64,000 nt of DNA from an uncultured bacterium (GCA_903936565.1 CAIZVZ010000001.1:95905-159904); one strand, 5' to 3'. Shown: positions 1 through 8,799, numbered from the stretch's first letter. The notes: generated from the letters alone by a model not told the origin. Made by a program: numbers and translations.

Positions 1-16
1 AGTTAATCCATACATT

Positions 17-715
17 CTATGATTTAAGTCTCAGCTCAAAAACATACACATCGGCATAATACAAATCCCCCACTTTATATATACTTATTTCACCCTTATT
101 TGAATCTTCTTCGTACCATTCCCTATCTTCGTAAACATAATCTTTTACAGGACTAGTTTCAAAGGATATCAGTCGAGCTATAAAATTCTTTGAAATATAT
201 TTTAGACTTTCCCTGGCGTTGCTCATTGAATATACAACAATATACAACCTAGTATTCTCATGCATTATTTTTTGAGTAGATCCAAGTACGCTCATTAAAA
301 TCTCATTACCACCAGCACCTCCGTGCATACCCTTTATTATTTGAGTATCATATTTCTCTAGAAGTTTTGGTGACAGTATCTCTTGAGGCACATTTGCAAT
401 TATTACATCAAACTTTTTATCATTAAAAGGTTCTCCCAAGTTACCCTGCCTTACATCTATCTCAACCTCGTTCTTGATGGCATTTTTCTTGGTTAGTTCA
501 ACAGCTTCATGAAGAACATCAGTTGCAAATACTTTAGCTCCTTTTTTTGCAGATAAGATAGCTAATATACCAGAACCGCAACCTATATCTAAGACAGTCT
601 CATCTTTACTTATTTCTATTGCATCTCCAAGAAATTTAGCACCATGTGGGGAGGGTTTAAAAACTTGATTATCTAAATCCAGATCGATCTCAATATTTTG
701 AGTTATATATTTCAC
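17..715 (-). CDS. Class I SAM-dependent methyltransferase (MTS/PrmA-like small-domain type); substrate not assignable
   Basis: 232-aa ORF. It has the glycine-rich SAM motif I DIGCGSGILAI. The later VIIANVP motif resembles the NPPY/ANI motif of MTS-domain methyltransferases. Confidence 0.6.
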   Translation of the reverse strand: MKYITQNIEIDLDLDNQVFKPSPHGAKFLGDAIEISKDETVLDIGCGSGILAILSAKKGAKVFATDVLHEAVELTKKNAIKNEVEIDVRQGNLGEPFNDKKFDVIIANVPQEILSPKLLEKYDTQIIKGMHGGAGGNEILMSVLGSTQKIMHENTRLYIVVYSMSNARESLKYISKNFIARLISFETSPVKDYVYEDREWYEEDSNKGEISIYKVGDLYYADVYVFELRLKS

Positions 716-1018
716 ATAGCTATTATAACAAAATACAGAAGAAGTAAGAAAGACTATTTGGAGTGTTTATATAACACTTAAATAAACACATTCTTGTGAA
801 AGCTTTTTTAGGATTTTCTTTCTTACCACCATATTAATCCGTTGCCCCATTTCCAATGATTTAACATAAATATTTTAATGAACCGCTGTGACAAATATAT
901 ACTCCTTACCTTCAAAAAAATTACGAAAATTCAATTCCACCTCTATCATTAAATAACCTAATATAAGTAATTATACATCAACTATAGTTAAGGTCAGGCT
1001 TAGTTTTATTTTTATCGA

Positions 1019-1046
1019 TTACACACAAGGTTTAATCTGTTATAAT
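1019..1046 (+). promoter_or_regulatory. Putative sigma70-like promoter for the sulfotransferase gene (TTACAC-16nt-TATAAT); the -10 box lies 10 nt before the ATG, so the mRNA may be near-leaderless
   Basis: The hexamers TTACAC (1019-1024) and TATAAT (1041-1046) were read directly; the ATG is at 1056. Confidence 0.3.
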
Positions 1047-1057
1047 GGATATTGTAT
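1045..1057. repeat. 13-bp direct repeat ATGGATATTGTAT, copy 1 (copy 2 at 1854-1866); the pair brackets the sulfotransferase gene
   Basis: Exact 13-bp match read at both positions. Confidence 0.4.
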
Positions 1058-1832
1058 GATTTCGGACAAATATAAAATTATATTTATACAGATACCAAAG
1101 ACAGGTGGAACAACTATTGATAACGTTTTTTCTTCTTGCAAAATTCACATTGGACATGAGTATAATAATCTTGCGGGAGACAATATAGACCACGCCAAGC
1201 TCAGTGATTTAATCAAATGGAACTTAATAACTAGTGAGAAAGCTGAAAAATATTTTAAATTTACTTTTGTCAGAAACCCATGGGATAGAGTACTGTCTGA
1301 TTATTTTTATTTATCAAAAATAAATTATATACCAAAATTATCCTTCAAAGAATATTTGATTGAACTAGATAAAATTGTAAACAAACAAGAATCCATTATG
1401 TTTTCAACCAAAGACTACAGGGCTCATTTTAGAAAACAAACTGAATATCTTTTAGATTGTGACTTTGATTTTGTTGGTAAATTTGAAAATTTTCAAAGTG
1501 ATTTTAATAAAATTTGTAATATTATTGGAAAATCAAAAGAAAGATTAGCTAAGAAAAACAGGACACTACATAGACACTATAGTTATTATTATGACGATGA
1601 ATCTAGAACATTAGCCGATAGAATATTTAAAGAAGATATTCAGTACTTAGGATACAAATTTAAAAAACTTAATTCAATCGAAAGAAAGATAGACTTTTTA
1701 AAATACTATTTATTTTCAATTAGTTTTATTAACCATTGGACAATTATCTCCACCTTCTTTAAATTATCATCGAGACTAAAGAATAAATCCCCACTCTATG
1801 CCAAATTTGTTAAATATATAAAGTCCAATTAA
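1056..1832 (+). CDS. Sulfotransferase family protein (Sulfotransfer_2/3-like)
   Basis: 258-aa ORF. The N-terminal IPKTGGTT motif is PAPS 5'-phosphosulfate-binding-like. The FVRNPWDRVLSDY motif is typical of carbohydrate/glycolipid sulfotransferase families. The C-terminal tail is hydrophobic. Confidence 0.6.
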   Translation: MISDKYKIIFIQIPKTGGTTIDNVFSSCKIHIGHEYNNLAGDNIDHAKLSDLIKWNLITSEKAEKYFKFTFVRNPWDRVLSDYFYLSKINYIPKLSFKEYLIELDKIVNKQESIMFSTKDYRAHFRKQTEYLLDCDFDFVGKFENFQSDFNKICNIIGKSKERLAKKNRTLHRHYSYYYDDESRTLADRIFKEDIQYLGYKFKKLNSIERKIDFLKYYLFSISFINHWTIISTFFKLSSRLKNKSPLYAKFVKYIKSN

Positions 1833-1853
1833 TACATGGTCTTACTGTAATCT

Positions 1854-1866
1854 ATGGATATTGTAT
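1854..1866. repeat. 13-bp direct repeat ATGGATATTGTAT, copy 2
   Basis: Exact match to 1045-1057. Confidence 0.4.
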
Positions 1867-1881
1867 ACAATATAAGTATAT

Positions 1882-1912
1882 TTTGTGACACCAAGACGTG
1901 GCTTTCCGAACT
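1882..1912. repeat. 31-bp direct repeat TTTGTGACMCCAAGACGTGGCTTTCCGAACT, copy 1 (copy 2 at 2631-2662)
   Basis: 30 of 31 positions are identical between the copies. Together they bracket about 750 bp holding a 115-aa ORF and a GC-rich segment. Confidence 0.55.
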
Positions 1913-2055
1913 ATTGAACAAAAAAGGTGACATTAGATACTCTCTTCGAGAACTATTATTACTTAATAGATTATAGCAATTTAAAAACCCTACATAAATA
2001 CCATCAACATAACTGGAATAATCAAAAAAGTTTGGGCTTACATAGTGCTGATAAA

Positions 2056-2403
2056 TTAGTTATTTGAAGATTTATTTTTATAAATAATATCAACAATCTC
2101 TTCATCTTCAATCTTAAATTTAATACCCTTGCCAATTAAAATAGCTGTATTGTTTTTTTGCTTAGCATCAATGAGTAAACTTGAAAACAACTTATCAGAA
2201 GAATTAAAATCTTCTTTGTTGTAAAACATTGTAAGATGAGATTTTATACCAACCACAGGGTTAAAAATAACAACTCTTTTGTTTGTTATATAAACATTGT
2301 GACCTAATAGTTTTTCATATCGAAAAAAACCTGTAACAATTACAGAAACCTTCTCGAGTGTTTTAATTAAATTTTCGTTCGGCAATAATTCTAATGTTGT
2401 CAT
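2056..2403 (-). CDS. Hypothetical protein (115 aa), possibly with a bacterial PH-like fold
   Basis: Clean ORF with protein-like composition. I recognise no motif. It lies inside the segment bounded by the 31-bp direct repeats. Confidence 0.4.
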   Translation of the reverse strand: MTTLELLPNENLIKTLEKVSVIVTGFFRYEKLLGHNVYITNKRVVIFNPVVGIKSHLTMFYNKEDFNSSDKLFSSLLIDAKQKNNTAILIGKGIKFKIEDEEIVDIIYKNKSSNN

Positions 2404-2630
2404 AAATTACATTTTATCATACCTACAATAGACAGACTAACTCGAAATGTATTTCTAAAGAAGTTCGGAACGTGCTTTGGGGTGCCTAAAAATACATTGT
2501 AAAATAAGGACGAAAATTCTAGTTGCGCCGCCTGCACCAACGCCTTTTACTTCGCTTCGCTTGTAAAAGTCTGGGTGCATCGGCATCACATTTTTACAGT
2601 CGCCTCGCATGAGCCTCGGCTCCTTAAAAA

Positions 2631-2662
2631 TTTGTGACCCCAAGACGTGGCTTTCCGAACTT
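2631..2662. repeat. 31-bp direct repeat, copy 2
   Basis: Matches 1882-1912 with one mismatch (A/C). Confidence 0.55.
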
Positions 2663-2710
2663 ATGGGTCAAATTATTTAATTTATTATTATTTCTTGGAT
2701 TTAGATAGTT

Positions 2711-3940
2711 TTACTGCATTATTGTGAAATCTAGCTTGTTACTTGATACACCCGAAGGTTTGACATAAACCTTATATGAGCCTGGCTTCATATCCATATA
2801 TGAGGCACAAGGCAATCCAGATTCACCTGATGACTTAGTACATAATCGGCTTGGTAAGGTTACAATAAGAGCTGTATCTCCTGTGGGTAGATAATTACCA
2901 GTCTCAATAACACCAACCTGACCAGCTTCATTTTCAAACCAAACACCTGTTTCTCCTTCAAATCCATTAAGATAAATTCCCTTAATCGTTAAGACTACTC
3001 CCTGCTGGTCAGTTTGATTAGGACTAATGGAATATATTTTAGGCTTTTCAACTCTCTCCAAATTATATTTCGAGGCTCCGTTAGCAGAAATTAGTTTAAA
3101 TTTAATAGTTTTAACAACACTCCACTTTTCTTGAGTACAAATATCTGCCTCCTGATTAGGATTACCACAATCCAAACCATAACCAGTTAATGAAATTATG
3201 CCATTTTTTATAGAGACGTTTGTTACATCTGACTTGGCGGCGCTACTTGATTTAAAACCAGGATCAAAACTTACATCAAGAACGTCGGTATCAATATTTT
3301 TATTATTTAAAACAACCATCAGATTAGTAGAACATGATGCTCCGCAGGTAGAAACTTTAACAACAGCATCTTCATATACATCGCCGTTAATATCCCCCCT
3401 TGCAACAACTTTTCCTGTTGGATCGAGGGATGCTTTTATAAACACTTCATCAGGTAAACTATTGCTCGCTTCTGTTTTCAAGGATGATGTCGCAACTGAA
3501 TTTTCAGACTCAAAAGGTCCGAATAACTTCGGTCCACCGTCAGAATATTCATAGATAAAATAATATTCTCCACAATCAACAATAGAGACACTCCCCCATC
3601 CTCCCATACTATTTTTGTATTTATATGAAGAATATTTTATAAAATCAGCCTTCTTGTCTCCACAATAGAAATTAAATTGCGAATCAGATTCCTTAATCTC
3701 AATATTTTTACTTGGTATATTCCAGCTGGACGGATTATCACTCTTTACCATTTTGTCTTTCCATAAACTTTCATCAGAAAGGACTTTGTACGTATTTGGT
3801 AATACTTCATTTCTTTCAGAAATCATTTTTACAACACTACTTGGCATGTAGTAAAAATAGTAAATACCCAGTATAGCAACCACTATTATAATAACAGCTA
3901 AAAATGAATTAAAAATCCAGTTTATTATTGTTTTCTTCAT
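2711..3940 (-). CDS. Membrane-anchored extracytoplasmic protein with an IPT/TIG-like C-terminal beta domain (hypothetical)
   Basis: 409-aa ORF. The N-terminus is a Lys-rich segment followed by a 20-residue hydrophobic helix (signal anchor). It contains many Cys pairs. The C-terminal 90 aa look like an Ig-like IPT/TIG domain (IYSISPNQTDQQGVVLTIKG...). Confidence 0.5.
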   Translation of the reverse strand: MKKTIINWIFNSFLAVIIIVVAILGIYYFYYMPSSVVKMISERNEVLPNTYKVLSDESLWKDKMVKSDNPSSWNIPSKNIEIKESDSQFNFYCGDKKADFIKYSSYKYKNSMGGWGSVSIVDCGEYYFIYEYSDGGPKLFGPFESENSVATSSLKTEASNSLPDEVFIKASLDPTGKVVARGDINGDVYEDAVVKVSTCGASCSTNLMVVLNNKNIDTDVLDVSFDPGFKSSSAAKSDVTNVSIKNGIISLTGYGLDCGNPNQEADICTQEKWSVVKTIKFKLISANGASKYNLERVEKPKIYSISPNQTDQQGVVLTIKGIYLNGFEGETGVWFENEAGQVGVIETGNYLPTGDTALIVTLPSRLCTKSSGESGLPCASYMDMKPGSYKVYVKPSGVSSNKLDFTIMQ

Positions 3941-4040
3941 GTTTTAGATTGTACCACCCATTAGGTGATTTTACTAAATCACAGACGTGCACAACATTCA
4001 CCCAGTAGGCGATTCTACCGAATCGCCTACTCGCCCCTAG

Positions 4041-4112
4041 TGACCCTACAGAGAATCGAACTCTGATTACTGCCTTGAGAAGGCAATGTCCTAACCGTTA
4101 GACGATAGGGCC
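4041..4112 (-). tRNA. tRNA-Glu (anticodon CUC); 3' CCA not encoded
   Basis: I folded the reverse complement by hand into a cloverleaf. The acceptor stem is GGCCCTA/TAGGGTC with one G-U pair. The D-stem is GTCT/GGAC with a GG-containing D-loop. The anticodon stem is TTGCC/GGCAG and the loop TTCTCAA has U33 and anticodon CTC. The T-stem is CAGAG/CTCTG with T-loop TTCGATT. The discriminator is A. Confidence 0.8.
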
Positions 4113-4205
4113 ATGTATTTGCTATTTATTTAGCGGAACTCTAATAATATCGCATAAAATCTGAATTTTATCAATACTCAAAAGAGATTTACTGAGGAAA
4201 CAAAT

Positions 4206-4240
4206 CCCGACGCCAAAAGCGGCGTCGGGGGCATCTTTTT
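4206..4240. terminator. Rho-independent terminator hairpin (CCCGACGCC-aaaagc-GGCGTCGGG followed by TCTTTTT); likely bidirectional and ends the minus-strand 4248-4985 transcript
   Basis: Perfect 9-bp GC stem followed by a T-run. Confidence 0.6.
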
Positions 4241-4247
4241 CCAAGTG

Positions 4248-4985
4248 CTACTTCACAAGATCGAGCAACACTGGATATTTTGGAGCTGTGGGACGATTGG
4301 CCTGATCGATCAACATAACATTCCCTTTGAAGGTAAATTGCACACCGCAACCGTTCTCATAATTGCTGAACACAGGTTCAGTACAATTGAAAAATCTTCT
4401 ACCCGTTAGGCGTGAGAACGATATTTGTGTGTAAATTAGCTTCAGTAGGAGCGTGGTATCAACCTTCAGACTTTTCTTTTCCGCAGCATCTGGGTTGCGT
4501 GATACTATCACCCAATTCCACTCTGCACATTCAATATCGAGTAATCCACCCAGAAGTTGCTCAACCTTTGACGACATTCTAACACTCCCGGGGAAGGTAG
4601 AAATGAGCTTTCGAGCTGAAACACGAGGAGGTATATGTACCAAGTGGAGATGGTCAAAACTTCCCGCTGGATCTTTTAGTCTCTTGAAACAATCTTGCGG
4701 TATGGGTATACCAGCTCGATTGTCTGGTGGCCGATTCAATCCAGCCTCCTTCAATTCCTTAGGACAACTGTCGAAGGGAATCACTCGATGTGGTGCCCCA
4801 ACAAGCATTTTCGCTAACTTACTTGCGGTATAGCAGCGAACTGTTGTTGGAACGGTTAATGGTTTTCTGTGGAAGTTACCGGCGGACCTAGGAAGGCCGC
4901 CCCATAATTGTGGAACTAAGTTCATAGTAAAAAAAGGATCCTCTGACCCAGAGAAGATAGTGCCATTTATTCTTAATAAAGTCAA
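4248..4985 (-). CDS. Hypothetical protein (245 aa) in a markedly GC-rich island; could instead be non-coding
   Basis: Long ORF with reasonably protein-like composition and no recognisable motif. The local GC is far above background. A junk-like ORF overlaps on the opposite strand. The island sits next to the tRNA-Glu. Confidence 0.35.
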   Translation of the reverse strand: MTLLRINGTIFSGSEDPFFTMNLVPQLWGGLPRSAGNFHRKPLTVPTTVRCYTASKLAKMLVGAPHRVIPFDSCPKELKEAGLNRPPDNRAGIPIPQDCFKRLKDPAGSFDHLHLVHIPPRVSARKLISTFPGSVRMSSKVEQLLGGLLDIECAEWNWVIVSRNPDAAEKKSLKVDTTLLLKLIYTQISFSRLTGRRFFNCTEPVFSNYENGCGVQFTFKGNVMLIDQANRPTAPKYPVLLDLVK

Positions 4986-5024
4986 ATCTACCGCCCGTTA
5001 GTTTATCAAGCAAGAACATCACCT

Positions 5025-6863
5025 CTACGGCGTACAATTCTTCCCATTTGATGGCGTCTTATTAAGTGGAGCTACTCTTCCTGTCCCAACAGGGACTACA
5101 GCTCTCGAACTCGTCGCTCCACCAATTACCCCATCAAGACTCTGCCCTTCTGGAGCTCTGTCTGGCGCTACTTGATAATAGCTAATCAAAAACTTTGTTA
5201 AATCAATAAAAGGTAGCGCTAATGTATCTGATGAATAATTTACACCCCTTGGATTGATAGTGTAGATGAAAACCAAAAATTTTGGATTGTACGCTGGCAA
5301 GATTCCAATAAATGAGTGCAAGTGAATATTATCAGCATAACCAGTTCCACCTCTTACCATTTGCGCAGTACCCGTCTTAACTCCGATTGAATAGTTGGGG
5401 TTCTTGTAAACACCATTCTTCAGTGTTGTATCAAAATTGTTTACCATCATATTCACAACTTCAAGCGCAGAATCCTCTTTAATGACCCTTGCATCAAATT
5501 GTACTGGAATCTTTTTGGAAGTTCCAATTTTATAATTTATCTCCTTTACCAACCTCGGCTTAACCATAACTCCCCCATTTGCAATAGCTGAAAAGGCGTG
5601 CGCGACTTCAATTGGAGTAACAGAAATTCCTTGACCAAAAGATGCAGTTACATATTCAATATCAATATTTCTTGGAGGCTGGATATTTGAAATCAAACCA
5701 GAAGCCTCATTTGGCAAATCGATTCCAGTCTTATTACCTAAACCATATTTTGTAAAATAACTTCCAAAAGCCTCATTCCCAATTTTTTGCTCAACATAAG
5801 CAAAACCAGTGTTCAGTGATCTTGCCAGTGCGCACTGTAGTGTAATCACCCCTCTACCCTTCTTATCAAAATTTGAAATAGTTTTTTTACTGAAAGTTGC
5901 AGAACCCGTATCATTATATGTACTTTGGGAAGTAACAGCGCCCAAATCAATTCCCGCCGACATGGTTAACGGCTTCATAATTGAACCCATTTCATATACA
6001 CTCTCAATAAGGTCATTCCTAAAAAGTGCAGTGTCTTTAACATTTTTCAAATCATTCGGATCAAAGGACGGATTAAGTCCCATGGCATAAATATCCCCAG
6101 TCTGTGGATTCATGATAATTGCCCCAGTTCGCTCTGAAGAATATTGACTGCTAATTTTAGTAATCATCTCTTCAACATAAGCCTGAGTCTTTGGTTCAAT
6201 TGTTGTCACAATATCCCCCTCTGGACTCTCACCATCAATCACTGTCTTTTTAATATTAGAAAAAGTCTCTACAAAAAAGTTGGCATAAGCATTTGATTGC
6301 TTACGACTCAAAACATTGTCATAAGTTCTCTCAAGTCCATACCTACCAGCAAAATCATTGCCTTTATAACCCATAAAACCAAGCACATTGGACGCAAGAG
6401 GTCCCCCTGGATAGTATCGCCATTTATCTTGATAAAGCGTTATACCTGGGAGCTTAAGCTTATTTAATTTTTCACCAGTCTCCTGATCAACCTTCTTTCG
6501 GAGTTCCTCATATGGGTCATCAGTCTTATTAGCTTTAGCGATAAAATCATCACGATCCAAATCAGGTATTAAAGCCGAAATTTGCTTATAAATTTCCTCT
6601 GCCCCACCTGCTTTCACCAAATTTGGCTTCATCGCCAAAACAAACCCAGTCTTTAGTGACGCAGCTGAAATTTGCACGCCATCTTTTTGAGTAAAGAAAA
6701 TAGTCCCTCTATTGAAATCAGTTGAGGGCTTTTGATATTGTCTATCCGCCTTCTGTCGGTAGATATCCGAATTAACAATCTGTAATAGATACAGTTTAAT
6801 AAATAGCAACAATGCAAAACAGATTATTGCAATGGAGATTAATCTAATTCTAGATTTGAGCAT
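5025..6863 (-). CDS. ftsI: Peptidoglycan D,D-transpeptidase FtsI (class B PBP, divisome)
   Basis: 612-aa ORF with an N-terminal TM helix and a transpeptidase domain. The active-site serine motif is GSIMKP (SxxK) and the KTG motif is VGVKTGTAQ. Its position directly downstream of mraZ-rsmH-ftsL is the classic dcw order. Confidence 0.85.
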   Translation of the reverse strand: MLKSRIRLISIAIICFALLLFIKLYLLQIVNSDIYRQKADRQYQKPSTDFNRGTIFFTQKDGVQISAASLKTGFVLAMKPNLVKAGGAEEIYKQISALIPDLDRDDFIAKANKTDDPYEELRKKVDQETGEKLNKLKLPGITLYQDKWRYYPGGPLASNVLGFMGYKGNDFAGRYGLERTYDNVLSRKQSNAYANFFVETFSNIKKTVIDGESPEGDIVTTIEPKTQAYVEEMITKISSQYSSERTGAIIMNPQTGDIYAMGLNPSFDPNDLKNVKDTALFRNDLIESVYEMGSIMKPLTMSAGIDLGAVTSQSTYNDTGSATFSKKTISNFDKKGRGVITLQCALARSLNTGFAYVEQKIGNEAFGSYFTKYGLGNKTGIDLPNEASGLISNIQPPRNIDIEYVTASFGQGISVTPIEVAHAFSAIANGGVMVKPRLVKEINYKIGTSKKIPVQFDARVIKEDSALEVVNMMVNNFDTTLKNGVYKNPNYSIGVKTGTAQMVRGGTGYADNIHLHSFIGILPAYNPKFLVFIYTINPRGVNYSSDTLALPFIDLTKFLISYYQVAPDRAPEGQSLDGVIGGATSSRAVVPVGTGRVAPLNKTPSNGKNCTP

Positions 6864-6884
6864 TACTTCTATTTTACTTCATTC

Positions 6885-7208
6885 CTACTTCATTGCAACA
6901 TTCTTTGCGACAAACTCACGAGAAGCGAATTGAGTTTTACCAACTGCATTTTGAAAACCCATCTCATACGCCACATCTATTGAAACACCATTTGAAAGTG
7001 ACATATATTGAAATTCCAAATCACCCAGCTTTGAATTTAAAGCAACAATTTCTGCTTCAGCCTTATCCTTATTGAAAGCATTCCAAACTGTTGTATTAAC
7101 CATATATCCATAAGCACCCACAAGGACAACTAAAATCGAAAGCATTGACCAGAATAATGTTACTGATAGTCTATCGATTGTATTTATTGTCTTTGTTACG
7201 TTTGTCAT
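6885..7208 (-). CDS. ftsL: Cell division protein FtsL-like (small bitopic coiled-coil protein)
   Basis: 107-aa ORF with one TM helix followed by a coiled-coil segment. It sits between rsmH and ftsI, which is the canonical ftsL position. Confidence 0.55.
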   Translation of the reverse strand: MTNVTKTINTIDRLSVTLFWSMLSILVVLVGAYGYMVNTTVWNAFNKDKAEAEIVALNSKLGDLEFQYMSLSNGVSIDVAYEMGFQNAVGKTQFASREFVAKNVAMK

Positions 7209-7276
7209 GAATTTTATGATTTGTTAATTTATTATTAATTTGTTTCTTTTGCTAAGTTATGTATGTTCTCCGCGAT

Positions 7277-8350
7277 TTATTTCTTTTGAAAAACTCGCAT
7301 CTTTGCGCTTCGTGCCCTTGGATTAATATCCGTTTCATCCTCTGTTGGAACAATTGGTCTCTTTGTTAAAATCTTTCCCTCTTCATCTTCTTCAAATTTC
7401 TTGAAAAAATTCTTAACGATTCTATCCTCCAAGCTGTGATATGAGATAACCACCAACCTTCCTCCTGCATTTAATTTCTCTATCGCTTGTGGAAGAGTCT
7501 CATTTAATGCATTTAATTCATCGTTAATTGCGATTCTGAGAGCTTGAAAGGTCTTTGTTGCTGGATGAGTCTTACCGAATCTTGCAAAGCTAGGAACTGA
7601 TTGCTTGATTATTTCTGCAAGCTTTGAAGTAGATGTGATTCTCTCCAGTTCTCTTGCTTTAACAATCCCCTTTGCAATCTTCCATGCAAATTTATCTTCT
7701 CCGTAAGATTCAATGATTGTTCTGATGTTTTCTTCGTCCCAATCATTAATAATGTCCTCTGCAGTGAATTGAACACTATCAGTACCATCCTCTCCAGCAC
7801 CAACTACAGCGTCGGACATCTCACCTTCAGACTCATCACCCCTCTTGTTTGAAAAAGTCATGATTAGAGGTTCATCCTTTTTGAAGCTAAATCCTCTACC
7901 GCTCTCTTCAAGTTCATAAGAGCTAAGTCCAAGATCATAAAGTATTGCATCTGCCTTACTGACCCCAACCTCATCCAATGCTTTTGTTAGATTTCTGAAG
8001 TTGTCATTAATGAAAATGATATTTGGCTTCTTTTGCAAATCTTTGAAAGCCATTTCAAAGTTAGCCTTGGCTCTTGCAATTGCGTCTTGATCCAAATCAA
8101 ATCCTGCAATTGTAATATCGCCATCCATTAATTTTGCAAGCTCTTCACTGTGACCACCGTCACCCAAGTTGCAATCAACAAAAATCTGACCTTTCTTTAA
8201 GTCCAATTGTTCTAACACAGATTGTAAAAGAACTGGAATGTGTCTAGTGAATTCAACCTTAACGAATTCCTTCCTAGGCCCATTCTGTTTTTTCCAGCTA
8301 TTACTGCCTCGACCAGATCCCTTTCCCTTTGATGTTTTACGTTTTGTCAT
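7277..8350 (-). CDS. rsmH: 16S rRNA (cytosine1402-N4)-methyltransferase RsmH (MraW)
   Basis: It carries the HIPVLL and DCNLGDGGHS motifs. It sits directly downstream of mraZ. It has a 35-aa basic/Gly-rich N-terminal extension and an internal acidic insertion. Confidence 0.85.
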   Translation of the reverse strand: MTKRKTSKGKGSGRGSNSWKKQNGPRKEFVKVEFTRHIPVLLQSVLEQLDLKKGQIFVDCNLGDGGHSEELAKLMDGDITIAGFDLDQDAIARAKANFEMAFKDLQKKPNIIFINDNFRNLTKALDEVGVSKADAILYDLGLSSYELEESGRGFSFKKDEPLIMTFSNKRGDESEGEMSDAVVGAGEDGTDSVQFTAEDIINDWDEENIRTIIESYGEDKFAWKIAKGIVKARELERITSTSKLAEIIKQSVPSFARFGKTHPATKTFQALRIAINDELNALNETLPQAIEKLNAGGRLVVISYHSLEDRIVKNFFKKFEEDEEGKILTKRPIVPTEDETDINPRARSAKMRVFQKK

Positions 8351-8355
8351 ATCAA

Positions 8356-8799
8356 TTAAATTACTCCGAATTCTCCTAATTTCTCAGCAATATCATCGAC
8401 ATGCTTCAAATTTTCCATCTTGTAATTCTTCCAACGCAATTCATCCCAAATTTCAACCTTGTTGTATACGCCGGTAAAAACCACTTTTCCAACCTTATCA
8501 GAAAGTCCTGCAAACTCTCTTAGAAAATCTGGAATCAAGATTCTTCCAACGCTATCAACATCAACTTCTACTGCTCCTCCCAAAAACATTCTATTGAACC
8601 CTCTACTACTTGCCTGCCCCATGGAAAGTGAACCTAGCTTCTCAGAAATCTTTACCCATTCCTTGATTCCAAACATAAACAAACAGTTATCAAGTCCATG
8701 AGTAATCACAACCTTTTTGCCAATCTCTTTCTTGAATTTGGCAGGTAAAGAGATTCTTTTTTTGTCATCCTGGCTGTGTGTATATTCTCCGATTAACAT
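8356..8799 (-). CDS. mraZ: Transcriptional regulator MraZ
   Basis: 147-aa ORF with duplicated MraZ-type modules (DDKKRISLPAKF ... GRILIPDFLREFA). It is the first gene of the dcw cluster. Confidence 0.85.
   Translation of the reverse strand: MLIGEYTHSQDDKKRISLPAKFKKEIGKKVVITHGLDNCLFMFGIKEWVKISEKLGSLSMGQASSRGFNRMFLGGAVEVDVDSVGRILIPDFLREFAGLSDKVGKVVFTGVYNKVEIWDELRWKNYKMENLKHVDDIAEKLGEFGVI

Noticed and set aside
2455-2643. 62-aa ORF in the GC-rich segment between the 31-bp repeats.
   Set aside because: The ORF exists only because the segment is GC-rich and lacks stop codons. The peptide is not protein-like. The segment is more likely non-coding, either repeat-associated or a small RNA.
3198-3554. 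Numerous 60-130 aa ORFs on the opposite strand of long genes, for example 3198-3554, 4453-4833, 5809-6090, 8459-9005, 14357-14707, 17868-18200, 29335-30155, 33078-33377 and 39950-40279.
   Set aside because: They overlap well-supported genes and have junk-like composition. They are shadow ORFs from the six-frame track.
4113-5024. RNase P RNA or tmRNA in the GC-rich island next to tRNA-Glu.
   Set aside because: I could not find the conserved P4 (GGAAAGUCCGG / ACAGAAnCCGGCUUA) or tmRNA tag/tRNA-like signatures on either strand. The question is left open for Rfam.
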